The position numbers and the translations under genes were made by a program. A stretch of DNA of 64,000 nucleotides, taken from positions 310,001-374,000 of the forward strand of contig NC_045723.1 in NCBI RefSeq assembly GCF_009834535.1, read 5' to 3'. Numbering within the stretch: position 1 is the stretch's first letter; every line of letters begins with the position of its first letter. The notes under the pieces are model-generated. The model was given only the letters and a program-made list of their open reading frames with translations. It was not told the origin of the DNA and ran no database searches. Positions 12,349 through 25,651 of the stretch are shown in pieces. This stretch comes from Camelus ferus. Lineage: Eukaryota.

Positions 12349-14392
12349 AGCTCGAAGTTTCCTTCCAGTTCTCAGAGTCCGCACCTTAATGACGCTGGGG
12401 CTACAGGAGAGACTTTATTCAATTCAGAGAAAATCAATCCTCCTTGTGGAAAGGCCTGTTCTTTCCAGCCCCTCCTTGGCTTCCTTCCCCTCCCCTTGGT
12501 TTCACTGAGACACTGGAAGGGATGAGAACTCTAAGGTCCACCAGGGGACCCAGAGCATGGACAAGGCTGGCTGAACGCTCATCCCATGTCATGCTTACGC
12601 ATGGGACCCCCACCTCCCCGACTCCCCGCCCCACTGCCATTGGATGCCCCAGAGCTCCCCGCCCCACATCGTCCTCCCAGACCACCAGGCCCTCCTCTGC
12701 CGAGGGCTAAGGGGGCTCCAGCAGGCCCTGCCCGCTCTGATCCCAGGCCCACTGTCCCCCCTGCCCCTACCTCCCTCTGCCCTGCCCTCCGCCTCTGGGT
12801 GGGGGCCACGCCAGCGCCAGCAACATGGCCTGTCCTAGAAGCCACCTCCCAAGGCACTGCCAGGCCACTCTCTGACGTGGAGCCAAGCTCTCTACTCTGG
12901 GGTGGGGAGGGGGGTGCAGAGACATTCCTTTCCCTTAGAGTCAGAAAGAGGAGGTTTTCTTGTCACAGAGATTTGATTGCTGTAATAAGCAATGCGATGA
13001 TTATTCACCGTGCCATTGGTCTGCTGCTGAGAACCAGCCCGCGTGTCCGCTCACCAAGGGTGGTGGGAAGACGCCACTTCCCAAAGCCTCCCAGTCTGTT
13101 CCTAATGGAAAGAGACGTTCCCAAATCTGGCCACCCCTCACTAAGCATCTCACCACCTCCCACCCTGGTACCCCTCAACCCGGCTTCCGCAAACCCTCCA
13201 GCCTACAGGCACCTCTTCCCTTGAGTCATGGGACCTCACTCTGCTTTCTAATAACCGCTCAGTGACACACAGAACGTTCTGCGCCGCTGACATCTGAGCG
13301 CCGCGCTTCTGGGAAGCGGTGATGGTGCCTGAATCTTCCTGCAGGGCCCAGACGCACCCGCGGCCTTCTCATCCGCCTGTCAGGTTACATAAGCCGCCCA
13401 GAAACCCCGTCTGGCATGGTCACCCGCCAGCTCTCCCGACAGGTGTGCAAACTGAATGCTGGGCCCAACTCTGACTTGTCGTCTTCCAGACACTCAGGGC
13501 CCCAGGGCAGGCGGTCACAGGCGGGCTGAGCGGGCTTGGCAGCGGGAAGGAGGGCCTCAGGCAAAGTGAGTCTCAAAGAAGATCGCTGTTCCTCATCGCC
13601 CTTTCACAGGAGATGCCGCTCCGTGTGTTCACCCGGTCACCCCACCTCGCCCGGCACTGTCAGCATTAGTATATTTGCCCCTGGGGCTTATGGGGGGTCA
13701 CTGACCACATGCTGCTGCCACCAGCCCTGGTCCACGATCCGTGAGCAGTGGACCCCCAGAGAGGAAGAGGAAGGGGCCGGTCACCCCTAACCTGGTCTGG
13801 GAGACACTAGCTGAGCTTGGAGGACGGAGGCAGTTACACACCAACACGCAGTTTGTGGACTGGATGGTGCTTTTAGGAAAGAGACCTTAATCCACAGCTC
13901 AGTGCCAACAACTCCCCATTTCTCTGCAAACCACCCTGGATTAACCAAGTCTTTCATTAACCAGGTCTGTGTTCTAGCTTTGCCATCTGGGGCCCCCTTG
14001 GGCCCCTCCAAGGGCTAGCCGGTTCCTAGAGACACCAAAAGACTCGCCTGCAAGCGTGCCTCTCAAAATACAAAGCAGCCCAGAGCCCACGCCCCAGCCA
14101 CCCCCAAATGTGTCCACGTGTCTAGTTCCCCACTTGGGGGGTCCATCCCTCCTCAGACAGAACACCTTTGGAAGCATTCTTACCTCCTTTGGGTTGAGAA
14201 AAGAAGATAAAAATCTTTTTTTTTTTTTTATCCCATCCCGACCAGCCTCTCCCAGAGCTGGGCAAGGGGCAGACCAGTACAACAGGAAAACCAATTCCCT
14301 GGCTGGAGAAACGGTCCACGGGCAGCAGGGCAGGGAACAGAGGATGCCGGTTGGGGAGGACTAGGGCCAGCCATGACCCCGCCCCGGGGCCA

Positions 14393-14555
14393 CAGTTCTC
14401 AAAGTGGCCTGGACCAGAGCAGCCCATCCTGGGAACTTGTTAGGAACACAGACTCTGAGCCCCCACCTCAGAGCACTGAGTCAGAAACGAGAGTAGGGGC
14501 CAAACAACGGGGTTTTGCGAGCCCCCCCAGATGACTCTGATGTGGACAAAATCTG
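14393..14555. mobile_element. MER5A element
   Basis: cagttctcaaagtg...ctgggaacttgttaggaacacagactctgagcccccacctcaga...gatgactctgatg. Confidence 0.7.
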
Positions 14556-14989
14556 AGAGAAGCTCTTGTGGTGGTCCTCACCCCCGACTGCCCATGACAC
14601 GGATGCCAGGCCCACTCTTACACATGGAGACCTGAGTGGGTGGGGCTGGACCAGGCAGTGCCCTGAGCTGCCCCGTGGTCTCTGAGCTGCCCGACAGCGC
14701 TGAGAGCCGCTGCCTGAGGACTCACATCCTCCACAGCCCCGTCTTTGGCTCCTGCAGGGAGAAACAGCAAACGAGCAAGAAAGTTCCTAGGCTGACTCTC
14801 AGAGGACGGCTCCTAGGAGACAGAGGCCAGGCTGAGGCTGCCAGGCTTCAGCAGGAAGGGCCTCACAGGCAGCTGAGCATCCAGATCTAATGCCCAGCAT
14901 CTAATTAGGTCCATCAGGAAAGCAGACTCCAACCCACAGCCAGCATGCTGAGAAAAGACCGAGGTCAGGTCCGCGCCCCCATTCCCTCG

Positions 14990-15130
14990 TGTTCATTTCT
15001 CTAACACGTTTTTGAGCACCTGCCCCAAGCCCAGCATTGTTCTTGGCCCTGAGATCTCACTGGTGGAGGAAAATGACAAAAATCAAGACAAATAAATGAC
15101 TGTCAATGTACATAACAGGCGAGATGCTGG
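14990..15130 (-). mobile_element. L2 LINE 3' fragment
   Basis: ttcatttctctaacacgtttttgagcacctgccccaagcccagcattgttcttggccctgaga. Confidence 0.55.
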
Positions 15131-16749
15131 CTGACCAGTAATGGATGCTAGGGTCCTCTGCTCAGGTCAGTTCCCTCCACACCACGGAGACGCTCAAACG
15201 TCAGTTCTCGCTGGATTTGGTCGGGCAGTCGGCACCCATCTGTTCCCACCCAGGGAGCCTGCGGTCCTCACATTGGGACGTCTCGGGCTTGGGTTGGCTC
15301 CACTAACCCAGTAAAAGCAGAGGTATCAAAAGTGTTGACACTTGAAGCAGGACTAGGGTGCGATTTCTTCTGATTCCTTCTGTATCAAAAAGGGTTGCTA
15401 AGTGAAAAATGGACAAACAAAATTTTTTTTGGTACACATTCCATACTTAGGAAAAATAGTCACATACCATAACATGAGGATGTGTCGACAGCAAATCATA
15501 ATTATTTCTCTATTCAGTACATTGTGTTAGCCTGGCTCCGTTTCCAGAGTGTACTTGACAGACTTCCAAAGGCTTTAAGGAGATGCATTTCCCCTCGACT
15601 TCAAGCTGATCGGCTTCTCAAAACAATGACTGAGATGCAAACAGGCCGGTAAATGGTCTCCTGCCTGTCTTTCCAGCATCGGGATGCAGAAGCGAGAGCC
15701 CCTCCCTAACACTCCAAGGAAGCGCCCTCCCCACATCACTGGCTCAAGAGGATAATGACTGGCGCTCATCCCGGTCGCTCTCCCAGTGACCAGGAAGACA
15801 CAGTTCGGGTCACACGTGGGCAGACATGCCCTCCAGTTGTGCACCCAGAGGAGTCAGCCCCAGGAAGGGGTCCTGAGGAATCCACCTCCAGACTTCATCA
15901 CAGCCCCAGACGAGGGGTGGGGAGGAACCAGCCAGGATCACAGGATCCAGCCAACCAGCTATTAACCCTCTGGGGATCTCAGAATGTGTGAGGCTCCCCA
16001 GCCCCAAGCTCTGGCTCCTCCGGATCCTGAAAGACAGAAAGAGCCAGCTAGGCCCCCTCTGACAAGCCCCAAGGAGTCGTCCAAGCTTTTTGGCCATCTT
16101 GGGCCAAATTTTAGTGGAACTAAGCAAACGGTTAGCTGGGGCTTGTTTGGTCAGAGCACTGTGGGTTTTGTTTTCGTGCTTGGAGACCGCAGACCCACAG
16201 GGTGTCGGAGTAGGAAGAGGCTCGGGACCACCCCAGGGCACCCCGGCCCTTTGTAGAGGAGGGAGCCGTGGGTGGTGGGACTTCACCCGCTTAAAGACTG
16301 AGGGCTGAAGCCCTCCCCTGCTCACCGATGAGTTTTCGAGCCTTGCCGGCTTTGGAACACTTCTTCGAAAAAGCAAAAGGAGAAAATCATTTTCCAGACC
16401 AGGCTCTGTCCTCTCTGGCTGCGGTGAGCCACACAGGGCGCTGCTGGTCTCAGCCAGCAGCCTCTCCCAGAGCCACCTCTGGGTCCAGCCCAACTTGGGT
16501 TCCTAATCCAACCTCACACCCTCGGCAGACATTGAACCCCCCGCATCTCTGCAGCTGGGAAAAGGGGGTCACGGCGGGAGCTGCTCTCACTCCCAGGACA
16601 CTGACTCTGTTCCAAGCACTTGGTTTCCATCGCCACTTATTTCATCGTCCCAACGGCCCTTCGCAGTGAGCATTACAGTGTAGTCACAGCCCCATTCTGC
16701 AGGTAAAGTAACCAAGCTATGCAGACGTCAAGTCACTTGTCGAAAGTAA

Positions 16750-17140
16750 CACGGGTTGAACTGTCCTTTTCCAAAAAGACATGTTGGAGTCCCAACCCTC
16801 TGAAACCTCAGAACGTGACCTTTGGTGGAAATCGGGTCTTGACTGAGGCAACCAAGTCAAAGCAAGGTCCTTAGGGTGGGCTCTAAACCAATATGATTGG
16901 CATCTTTATGAAAAGGAGAAATTTGGACACAGACAGACACTCAAAGGAGAAGACAGCTGTATGAGGAGAGACAGCCACAAGTCAAAGGACACCGAGGATG
17001 GCTGGTGACACCAGGAGAGGCAAAGCAGGGTCCTCCCCTGGAGCCACCGGAGGGAGCCTGGGCCTGCGGACTACTTGAACTGCGATGTCCAGCCCCCAGA
17101 ATGGTGAGTCAGCTCACTACTGCTGCCCTCAGCCACCCAG
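16750..17140 (+). mobile_element. MLT1 (B/C-like) solo LTR
   Basis: cctcagaacgtgacctttggtggaaatcgggtctt...tagggtgggctctaaaccaatatgattggcatctttatgaaaaggagaaatttggacacaga. Confidence 0.75.
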
Positions 17141-17639
17141 GAGCAGCAGCCCGGGCTGGAGCACAGCGTCCCCCTGGGCCCTCTGGGTCCAGAGCCCATG
17201 CTCCTTATCCCCACCGCTGGGGGCAGCTGTGAGGACAGAGGCCCGCTCAGCGCCAGGACACTGCATAACTCTGGAGGGCTGAGGGTGGAGGGGGCAGCTG
17301 AGACGTTCACCCAGAGAGGGGACGGACAGCACGGATCAGGTGAGCATCCACCTTCTCAGGAGATTAAAATCCAGCCAGAAGGATGGCAGCCATCTCCGAC
17401 AAGACCGAAGCCGTCCCCTAACGCCCGGCATGTAGCAGCAGAGCCGATCAGTACGGAACAGTGTGTGCCCCGCAGACATGGGGTGGGTTTGTTTACCGTG
17501 TTGTTGTTCCAGCCCATGCATCACTCTGACAGCCCAGCGATCACATTCCACCAAGAAGCCAATTTCTTTGAGGCTCTTGCCAGGTGGAAAGGGGCCAAAG
17601 GCAAAACGCCTTCCGAGGTCAGGTAGGCGAGAGGCCCTT

Positions 17640-18250
17640 CCCAAACAGCCCCCGTCTGGCCTGATCGCTGCCCCCCAGGGTCGGTGTCGCATCGGTGTCG
17701 GGTCCCAGGCTCCGCGCAGCACGGCCCCCGCTCACCGCGACCCCGGGTGGCGGGCACCAGGCGACGCGCAGCCCGCCGGGCCCTGGGAGTGGCGTCTGCG
17801 CACTGACACTGAGCAGCCCCCAGATGCAGGCTCCCGAGGGGAGCCCTGGCGCAGCGGCGGTCACTGGGTCCACCCAGCCTGATGGACGTTCCCGAAGCGC
17901 CCCCGGAGGTCAACGCGCTGAAGGCAGAGGTGACCACAAGTCCCCACCAGGCAGTGGCCCCGGGCACGACTCCCGAGCTCTCTGTGCCTGCTTCCTCCCC
18001 CGTCCATCGGGACAGTAACAATTCCCAGGGTTGTTTTAGGATTAAACGGGCACCTGGAAGAGCGCTGGGCAAGATGAAAGAACTTGGTAAATGTCGGCAA
18101 CGACACCAAAACCAACCGCGACTCACAGGCGCACGGGACACGAGGAACCAGCCTGAGGTGGGGCGACGCGAGGTGTCAGGAGACACGGCCGGTGGGAGGT
18201 GAGACCCCTGCAAACAGCGCTGCGTCTCCCCGCTGGAGGAGGGGCCTGCC
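17640..18250. promoter_or_regulatory. Intergenic CpG island-like region
   Basis: Hand count of ~35 CpG in 17641-18000 at ~70% GC. Not explained by a recognisable repeat. Confidence 0.55.
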
Positions 18251-19639
18251 TGCTCCCAGCCTTGGCCGCCAGGGCCCTGGGCCTCGCCCAGGTGCACAGC
18301 ACCCCACCCCCCAGGGGCTGGGACCAGCCTCCCACGGTTGGAGGGGATTTATGGAGCCCCAGGCGACTGGCTCAGGGTCAAGTCAGCCCTGCCAGGCCTC
18401 CGACCCGGTTCCTTCCAGGCCCCTCTCCCTGCTCAGGCTGGGACCTGCGGGAGCTGCTTCCTGGCTGCGCACAGGCATCTGGGGAGGAGAGGCAGAGAGG
18501 CCAGGAAACCGGTCCAGGTGTTCCAAAGGCCGTGACCTCAGCGGGAGGCGAGGGGGATGGGAAACAGGCGGGAAGTCAGAGTTGGTGACTTGGGCCCGTT
18601 TGCCTTTCCGCAGATATCCCCACGCACCTGCCAGAGTGATCCTGGGGCCTGGCCTGGCCTTGGGGGACGGGGCCTTGCAGAGGCAGGGTGGCCCCACGGA
18701 CCCCTTTTTCTGATGACTCACATTCAGCCCCATCGTGCACCCCGGTTCCCATGAAAGGAGATAGAGAACTGATGCCTGCGAAAGCCCGTCCGGTGGCAGG
18801 ACTGAGCTGGCGGATGACAGGAGACTCTGAAGACGGTGACGCCGGCTGCTCCACAACCACACTGGCCACCAGGTTCCAGTGAAAGCAAGTCTAAAGCCAG
18901 CCTTTGCCTTAGACACATACAGAATAAACTGATTTATTAGCAAGTGAGGACAAAAAATGTTCATCACCCAATACGTAGGTTCCAGAAAGTTCCAGAGGGC
19001 TCCGGACCACACCTGGCATGGAACATCCATTCGAGCCAAAGCCAAGCCAGCATCAGGCCACTGGAGTCCACCTGTGACCTGGGCTGGAGGCAGGATGAGC
19101 AGGGCACTGTCCCTGAGGAAAGTCCTGACGTCCCAGTTACTCAGGGTAGAGAATGTTTTCCACAACACGGGCCTCTCATCTCAGCCGTGAGGACCCAGGG
19201 CTCAGCCACATCACGCACATCAGCAGGTCACTGGTATCAGCCCCCAAAAGCCCATCGATTGCGACAGAGATGGCAGGACGTCTCCTCTGGCGTCCGGGCT
19301 CTTTACTAGACGGCCCGCTGACCCCTGGCCTGCGGCCCCTGGGGCACAGCTTCATCTCAGAACCACATACAAAGCCCCGTGTAGACGCCCACATGGCTTC
19401 AAAGTCAGTTTACCTGAGGCTGAGAGGAGGTCAGCTGGTCCCCGCGGTCTTGCCGAACAGACAAACCTGGGTCTCATCAAAGCGGCACCAGAACCCCCCA
19501 CCCACACCCTCCTGAAGTGTCAGCATTGTAAAACACAGGGAAAGATGGTGACTTGGTCCCGATGGCTGGGGACTGGACTGAGAACAAGCAAATGCCACAA
19601 TGACCTTCAGCTCCAATGGGCAGCATGGGGACGAACGGG

Positions 19640-19803
19640 ACAATCTGTGTAAGGTCTGTAATTAGATGACAGTGTCCTTGTGAAGGGCTTGGTTTTGATC
19701 ACCATGCTGTGGTTACGTAAGAGAATTCTTTGCTTCCAGGAGATACACCCCGAAGCATTTAGGAATAAAGAGATGTGCCTTCAACCTAAGTGATTAAATA
19801 ATA

Positions 19804-19847
<44 letters not shown>

Positions 19848-19990
19848 GGAGACAGTGAAAGACAAAATAAACATAACAAAATGTTAGCATTTGGGGAATC
19901 TGGGTGAATGATTTGGAAATTCTTTTTAATATTCTTGCCACCTTTCCCTGAATGGAAAATTATGTCCAATAATTTTTTTAAGTTAAAACT
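19640..19990 (+). mobile_element. Old L1M (MC-type) 3' end containing an (AC)19 microsatellite at 19807-19845
   Basis: gaagcatttaggaataaag...aaaatgttagcatttggggaatctgggtgaatg...ttctttttaatattcttgccac. Confidence 0.65.
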
Positions 19991-22209
19991 CAACACCTGT
20001 CACACCGCCAACACCTGGCTGGTTATCTGACCTGCTCGTGGGCCTGGGTCTCCTTCTCCAGTCCTGGACCTTCTGCACATACCCAGGGCCACCTCACTGC
20101 CGGCAGCCACGAAGTTCTGTTTGTGAGGTTCAGGGGACCCCTGACTCAGCAGCTGGCTCTCAGGGGTTCCCAGCTTTCCAAAGTTCCCGGGAGCCTAAAG
20201 CAGCAGTCAGGACCCCCACTCTTGCAACACCTCCTCCTGTCTCCCTGGCATCAGGCCCCAGGAAGGAGCCACTAAAACTGTCCCCCAAGCCTCTTGTCCC
20301 CCCCACCCCCAATCTGGCTCCAACCCCAGGAGTTTCAGGAATTGGGAGGATCTCTGAGCCAGGAGCCCTCTGAGCGGACCCTGCCCTCTTTGTTTTAGGT
20401 TTCATCATAGGTCAGAGCCATGCTTTTGTGGAAATAAACAAAGGCCACTCAAATGAGAACCAGCAAAGGCAATGTATGCAGAGCTGGCTGTGGCAAGGGA
20501 GTGAGCCACCATCACTTGGTCTTGGCAGAGACCCAAAGGCAGGTGGAGGAGTGGGAATGCTGTATCATGGGAAACAGAAGGCCCCAGGGATGCCCTGACG
20601 AGCCTGTTGCTGGCTAACTCGAAGCTGGGCACCTTGTGTGACTGGTCAGGGACGTGTAGTTGGCTTTCTCTGGATGGTCCTAAGTTGGAAGCAAGGACAG
20701 AAATTAGGGCGTTCGTCAGTTATTAATCAAGTTCTGGCCATCTGGGACCAATTGTTTCAGGGGTTATTGTTTGTTTGGCCATTGTCCATTTGTATATCCA
20801 GTCTCTCAATTTCCAAGACCAAAGACCTCCTTCCAGCACCGAGGGATCTCAGGTTCCCAAACCTCAACCCACACCTGGAAGGTCTTCAAGGAGATAGAAT
20901 GGCCAGTTCTCTGATAGGTGCCCACAGACGCCTTTTGTGTGTTTCCAAGTCCTCGGTCTTTCAGCCAAAGTCACTGGAGCACGTGCACCGGGAGCAACGT
21001 CATTCCTTCACCTCCCTGAGCTGCCATGGTCCCAGCGTCTCAGCTGAGCCATCCAGCCAAGGTTCCAGCCCTCCTCCCCAACGGTGGCTCATTGCCTGCC
21101 CCTCACCCCACCCCCACCCCAGTTCCTGGTAACTCATCATTTTCATCATCATCCGCCTGGCGGGTCCCACTCCCTGCCCATCACATTGGCTCAGGTCTCA
21201 GGCCCAGGCTTGGGCAGGAAGGATGACCGCATCCTCACTCACGACACTGCCTTGCACACCCTTCTTTCTCCAGAAAGGGTTTCGGGAACACAGAGTTCGA
21301 TTTGGGGATTATTTGGGGAAGTTTTTATGTTGTGATGTTTATAGCTGCCACTTTTAGTCATTCGGCGTCTGAAACACGATCCTTAAACTCACCTTCTGTG
21401 CCCCTCCCTTTCTTAGCACTGCCTTGGGCACCACTTCTCCAGACCCACCAGAGCTGCAGTGTGTCTACAGCGCAGGTGCACGGCTGCACGATTGTTCCCA
21501 GCAAGCCCAGACCAACCTCCGAGATCCAGCAGCCAGGATACTGGCCCCAGCATCTTGGATGCAGGGAACTTCACATTTCTGGATTTTTCCACACCAAGTG
21601 AAATCTGGCCCTCAGCCCACCCCTTCCCAATCACAGACGCACACTTAGTCAGAGCTGGTGAGACATTTAATCTTCATCAAGTCCAGGGTCAAACAAGAAT
21701 CCACAGGAAGGACCTCGCCACCATTTTCTTTGCTCTGCCCAGGAGCCACATGAAAAAGCCTCTCTTGACAGATAAGCTCAACCCCAAAGCCCTTCATTTC
21801 TCTCAAGGCCACGCTGCTTTGTATCTGGTGTCCAGGGACGCCTGCCACCATCCATCTACACACACACACACACAGCGTTTAAAGATACCTTTGAGAAAAA
21901 GGTAAAATCATGACTGTCGCACAGATACAAAAATAAACACGTATTTTAAAGATAAGAGGGATGCATGCAGGTGTTTTAACCGGATCAAAGGAAAAGGCAA
22001 AACAGCACAGATTTGGGTGGAAAAGGGATTGTTGGGGTGAATTACAAACGGTGACAAAAGTGGTTTTTCCAAGAGGGAAGCCAGTCAAAGCACGACCTGA
22101 CTGGACACAATCCACATGCCTGTCAGTTTCTCGCAAAGAGGTAATGAACCTGGCTGCACTAGTAACCCAGCCCTGAAGCGTGTACTGCAGGGGGTTCATA
22201 GTTTTCCAC

Positions 22210-22825
22210 TGAAACACAACTTGCTTCTCATCAGCCAGTGAGGTCCAGCCTTGCCAGGCCCTCCCTCATCCGGGTCCACCCAAGCTAATCCCCTGCAGGG
22301 GGCTCGGATCACCTGGAGTGGGGAGGGGGCGAGGGACTGAATGGACACACAGACAATGGCCAGACCATAGTCACAGACAGAATTCTGACCCACTATCTGC
22401 AGCAACCAGCCCAGGAGGCCCACTCTCTATCCAGAGTAACCAGGACAGGAAGCCGAACAATAATCCCAGTAACAACCGGCCCCGAAGAGCCGGGCTGTGG
22501 TTAGTAACTGACAGCTCCCCTAATGTCTGTCCCCCTCTCCCGTGCTCTTCTGCCTTAGGACCAGCCAGAGGAAGCCAAATACACAGTCTGGCCAGTCACA
22601 TGGGACGCCCGGCTTCTAGTGAGCCGGCCTGCAGCCTCCCCACATCAACCACCTCTAATCAGGGCCCCCCTGAAACTTCCCCTTTTCTGCTGTCAGGCTC
22701 TGCCACTCTGCCTGCCTTTGAGTCTCTGCCATAACCAAGGGATGGTAGCCCCTCCGTCACTACCGCCTGCTCTCTATAGGTAGCCCTTGCTCTTCTCCTG
22801 TGGGTGATTTTCCCTTATTTTCACA
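22210..22825 (+). mobile_element. MER54/MER74-like ERVL solo LTR
   Basis: Characteristic end gcctttgagtctctgcc...gatggtag...ccttgctcttctc...ttattttcaca. Confidence 0.55.
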
Positions 22826-24499
22826 AGGGCCTCTTCTGTACAACAGCCTCTAAGGTACTGGGGTAGCCCCTACAAGGGAGGCCAGAATTCAAAACCCAAA
22901 GGTGCAGCCTGCCCCCTCCCCCATACTGAAGGGGAGAGAAGACTTCCCTCGCGCAGTCTCTACAGAGGCAAGAATAAGGCAGTCACCCTCCACCACCACC
23001 CTGTCCCCTGGGAAGGGCGCAGGTACACAGGGGATCAGCCCTGTGGGTCCCCGCCCCGTCCCGGGCACTGAAGTCTGCAGAAGGGAGAGCTGAAACATGC
23101 CTCTTATAAAAAGCACGTGGATACCTCAGTGCCTCCCAAACCGACCCGCACCCTGCACGACACCCCATCGCCTGAGCATTTCCTCCTGATGACTCGGGAG
23201 CACAGAACCACCTCCCCAGACCTTGTCGCCTCCCTGCTCTGGTGCTGGTCCCATTACAGAACTTGCCCTTTGGGGGTTGATTCCGAGAGGCCCTTCTTCA
23301 GGGTGGTCCAAACTCTCATCTTAGACCCCAGAAGACCCTCATCTCCAACAGGTGGCCCCGAAATGAGTCTCCCTCTGGAGTTTTTCTTACAAACCTGGCG
23401 TGGGGGTTGGGGAGCAAGGGCAGAGGTGCACAGGGGTGGAGAATGGGGAAAACAGGAATTACAAGAGGCCCTAAAATCCCCATCCCACACAACCCCACCC
23501 CAGGAGGTCTCTGGAGAGTAAATTAATTATCTTCCCACGTGCATAATTTACCATTTACCATGGGTATAGAGATTCTGTTATTAATCTATAAAATAAAAAT
23601 TCATTGAAAGCATTGGTGACTCCATTGTGGCTTTTTGTATTTGTATATTTTCTCCATTAACAAATATTCCAAACACGACTACTCTTACCAAGTGGGAGAC
23701 TGAAGCCTTTTTAACAGACTTGAAGCTACTATCCGCCTCCGAGCCCCCAGCCCAAGATCAGGAGACCCCGAGGAACGTAGGCAGTCCCAAGGACCCCGGG
23801 CACTGAGACCTCGACGGCGCCCCTAGTGGAGGAAGCGGACGCAGCTCCTCCTACCTGGGCAAGGTGCAGATGACGTCACTGGCTCCCCGTGCGAGCATGC
23901 GCAGACGAGGGCGGGTCATGCACTCACCCAGAGAAGGCTGGTCCTGGAATTCCCTTTGGAGTCTCCTGTGAACATCCTTAAAAGGAAGACTGGCAGTGGG
24001 CCCAGCCAATGGGGAAAGAGAGCTTGGTGCTGTAGAGGACTCAGTATTTTCCAAACATCAGGATGATTAAGGGCAGATTCCCAGGCAGCACTTGTTCTAC
24101 ACTTTGGCCCTTTGAATACGTTTTCTCACGTCGCCCTCTCCAACTGCCGTGCAGTGCTCCCTCTCTGACACAGGGAGTCCAGGTGGCTTGCCCAAGGTCA
24201 CCCACCCAGAAAGTGGCAGATTCAGAGGACAGCACCCCTTCCCCAAGCAGGCCATCTCTTTCTCGAGCTCCTGCACAGGGGAGGCTGGTTTCCCTGGGCC
24301 ACCCCAGCGTGTGCAATGCTGGAAGTGCACAGGGCCCAAGGACCTGCCTTTTTAACCTGCTGACGTGGATCCGAAGTAGATCCTGGACCATCTGTGAGAA
24401 AAAAACATAAAACTGTCCTGGATTTCCAGGAAAACCATTGGATGAGTCTATCTCTCTCCTGTTCTGTGTGTGTCAGTCTCTGTTTCTCTCTCATGTCTG

Positions 24500-24960
24500 A
24501 GGAGAAGGAACTAAAAACCCATGTGAGAGGGAACTCTAATTCAAAAAGATACATGCACCCCAGTGTTCATAGCAATGCTNNNNNNNNNNNNNNNNNNNNN
24601 NNNNNNNNNNNNNNNNNNNNNNNNNNNNNNNNNNNNNNNNNNNNNNNNNNNNNNNNNNNNNNNNNNNNNNNNNNNNNNNNNNNNNNNNNNNNNNNNNNNN
24701 NNNNNNNNNNNNNNNNNNNNNNNNNNNNNNNNNNNNNNNNNNNNNNNNNNNNNNNNNNNNNNNNNNNNNNNNNNNNNNNGAGATCACTTACATGTGGAAT
24801 CTAAAAAAAAAAAAAGACACTATGAACTCATCTACAGAACAGAAACAGACTCATAGACTTAGTAAATTTATGGCTACCAGGGGAAGGGGTGGGAAGGGAT
24901 AAATTTGGGAGTTTAAGATTTGCAAATGTTAGCCACTATATATAAAAATAGATTTACAAA
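24500..24960 (+). mobile_element. L1 3' fragment (ORF2 end + 3' UTR) spanning a 200-N gap
   Basis: aaaagatacatgcaccccagtgttcatagc before the gap; atcacttacatgtggaatctaaaaa...gggataaatttgggagtttaagatttgca after it. Confidence 0.85.
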
Positions 24961-25651
24961 AAAATGTGAAAGGAGCGGGACCTGGGACAACAGTCTGAAC
25001 AGTGGGTGTGTTCTTTCTAGAAGGAAGCAGGGATGGGGCCTGAGGGCAGAGGAAGAGGAGGCAGCAGAGGGGATTAGAGAATAAAAGCGAGCAGCCTTCT
25101 TCCTGCTGCTCCCAGGTTCCAGCCAGGCCCTGAGCACCTGCCCCGCCCAGCCCAAGGAAACCAGAGGACCTGAGGCCACTGGGCTGGGCCAGGGCCTGCT
25201 GGGTCCTTGAATGAAAGACTCGGGCTGGGGGAGCCGGGTTCCCTGGCTGCTCGCTGGGCTGTGAGCTCTGTCTTCCCAGGTGGATCTGAGAGTGAGCCCT
25301 GAGCACCCAGTCAGTTTCAGCTTTGCCCAAATCCTTTTTTCTGGGGAGTTTCCACCTGTGACATGTGGGCTTAAACTGGAGAGTAGGGCTGTCTGAGCTT
25401 GGCCAGGTGAGCTCTCTGCTTGTAGGACATTAATCCTGAGTTTTCAGAAACCCTCTCCAGCCTCAGCTTCATCAGCACAGACACCCACGTGACACCGGAG
25501 CCCACCCTGGCACCCTTCCGCACAGCCCTGCCTGACGCTGGCCATCCACTCTCACTCTAGTCTAAACTACACCCTGCATCCCCTCAGTCTGCAAGGGACA
25601 GCCCAGCTACCTGGACAGCGGTGACCCTCCGCTGTTGCTGTTCATTTCCCA

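Noticed and set aside
12586-13224. 212-aa Pro-rich ORF
   Set aside because: Low-complexity C-rich sequence with no recognisable homology.
15810-16493. 227-aa minus-strand ORF
   Set aside because: No recognisable homology, compositionally random, and starts at a non-ATG codon.
11941-17140. Two MLT1 LTRs as the ends of one provirus
   Set aside because: They are in opposite orientations with no internal MaLR sequence between them; independent solo LTRs.
17521-18297. 258-aa minus-strand ORF and overlapping plus-strand ORFs
   Set aside because: Multiple frames are open at once in GC-rich DNA, with no recognisable domain or convincing splice chain.
24394-24856. ORFs spanning N-runs (also ~60243-60718 and ~62270-62800)
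   Set aside because: Artificially long because Ns hide stops; only the MAP4K4 exon frames are meaningful.
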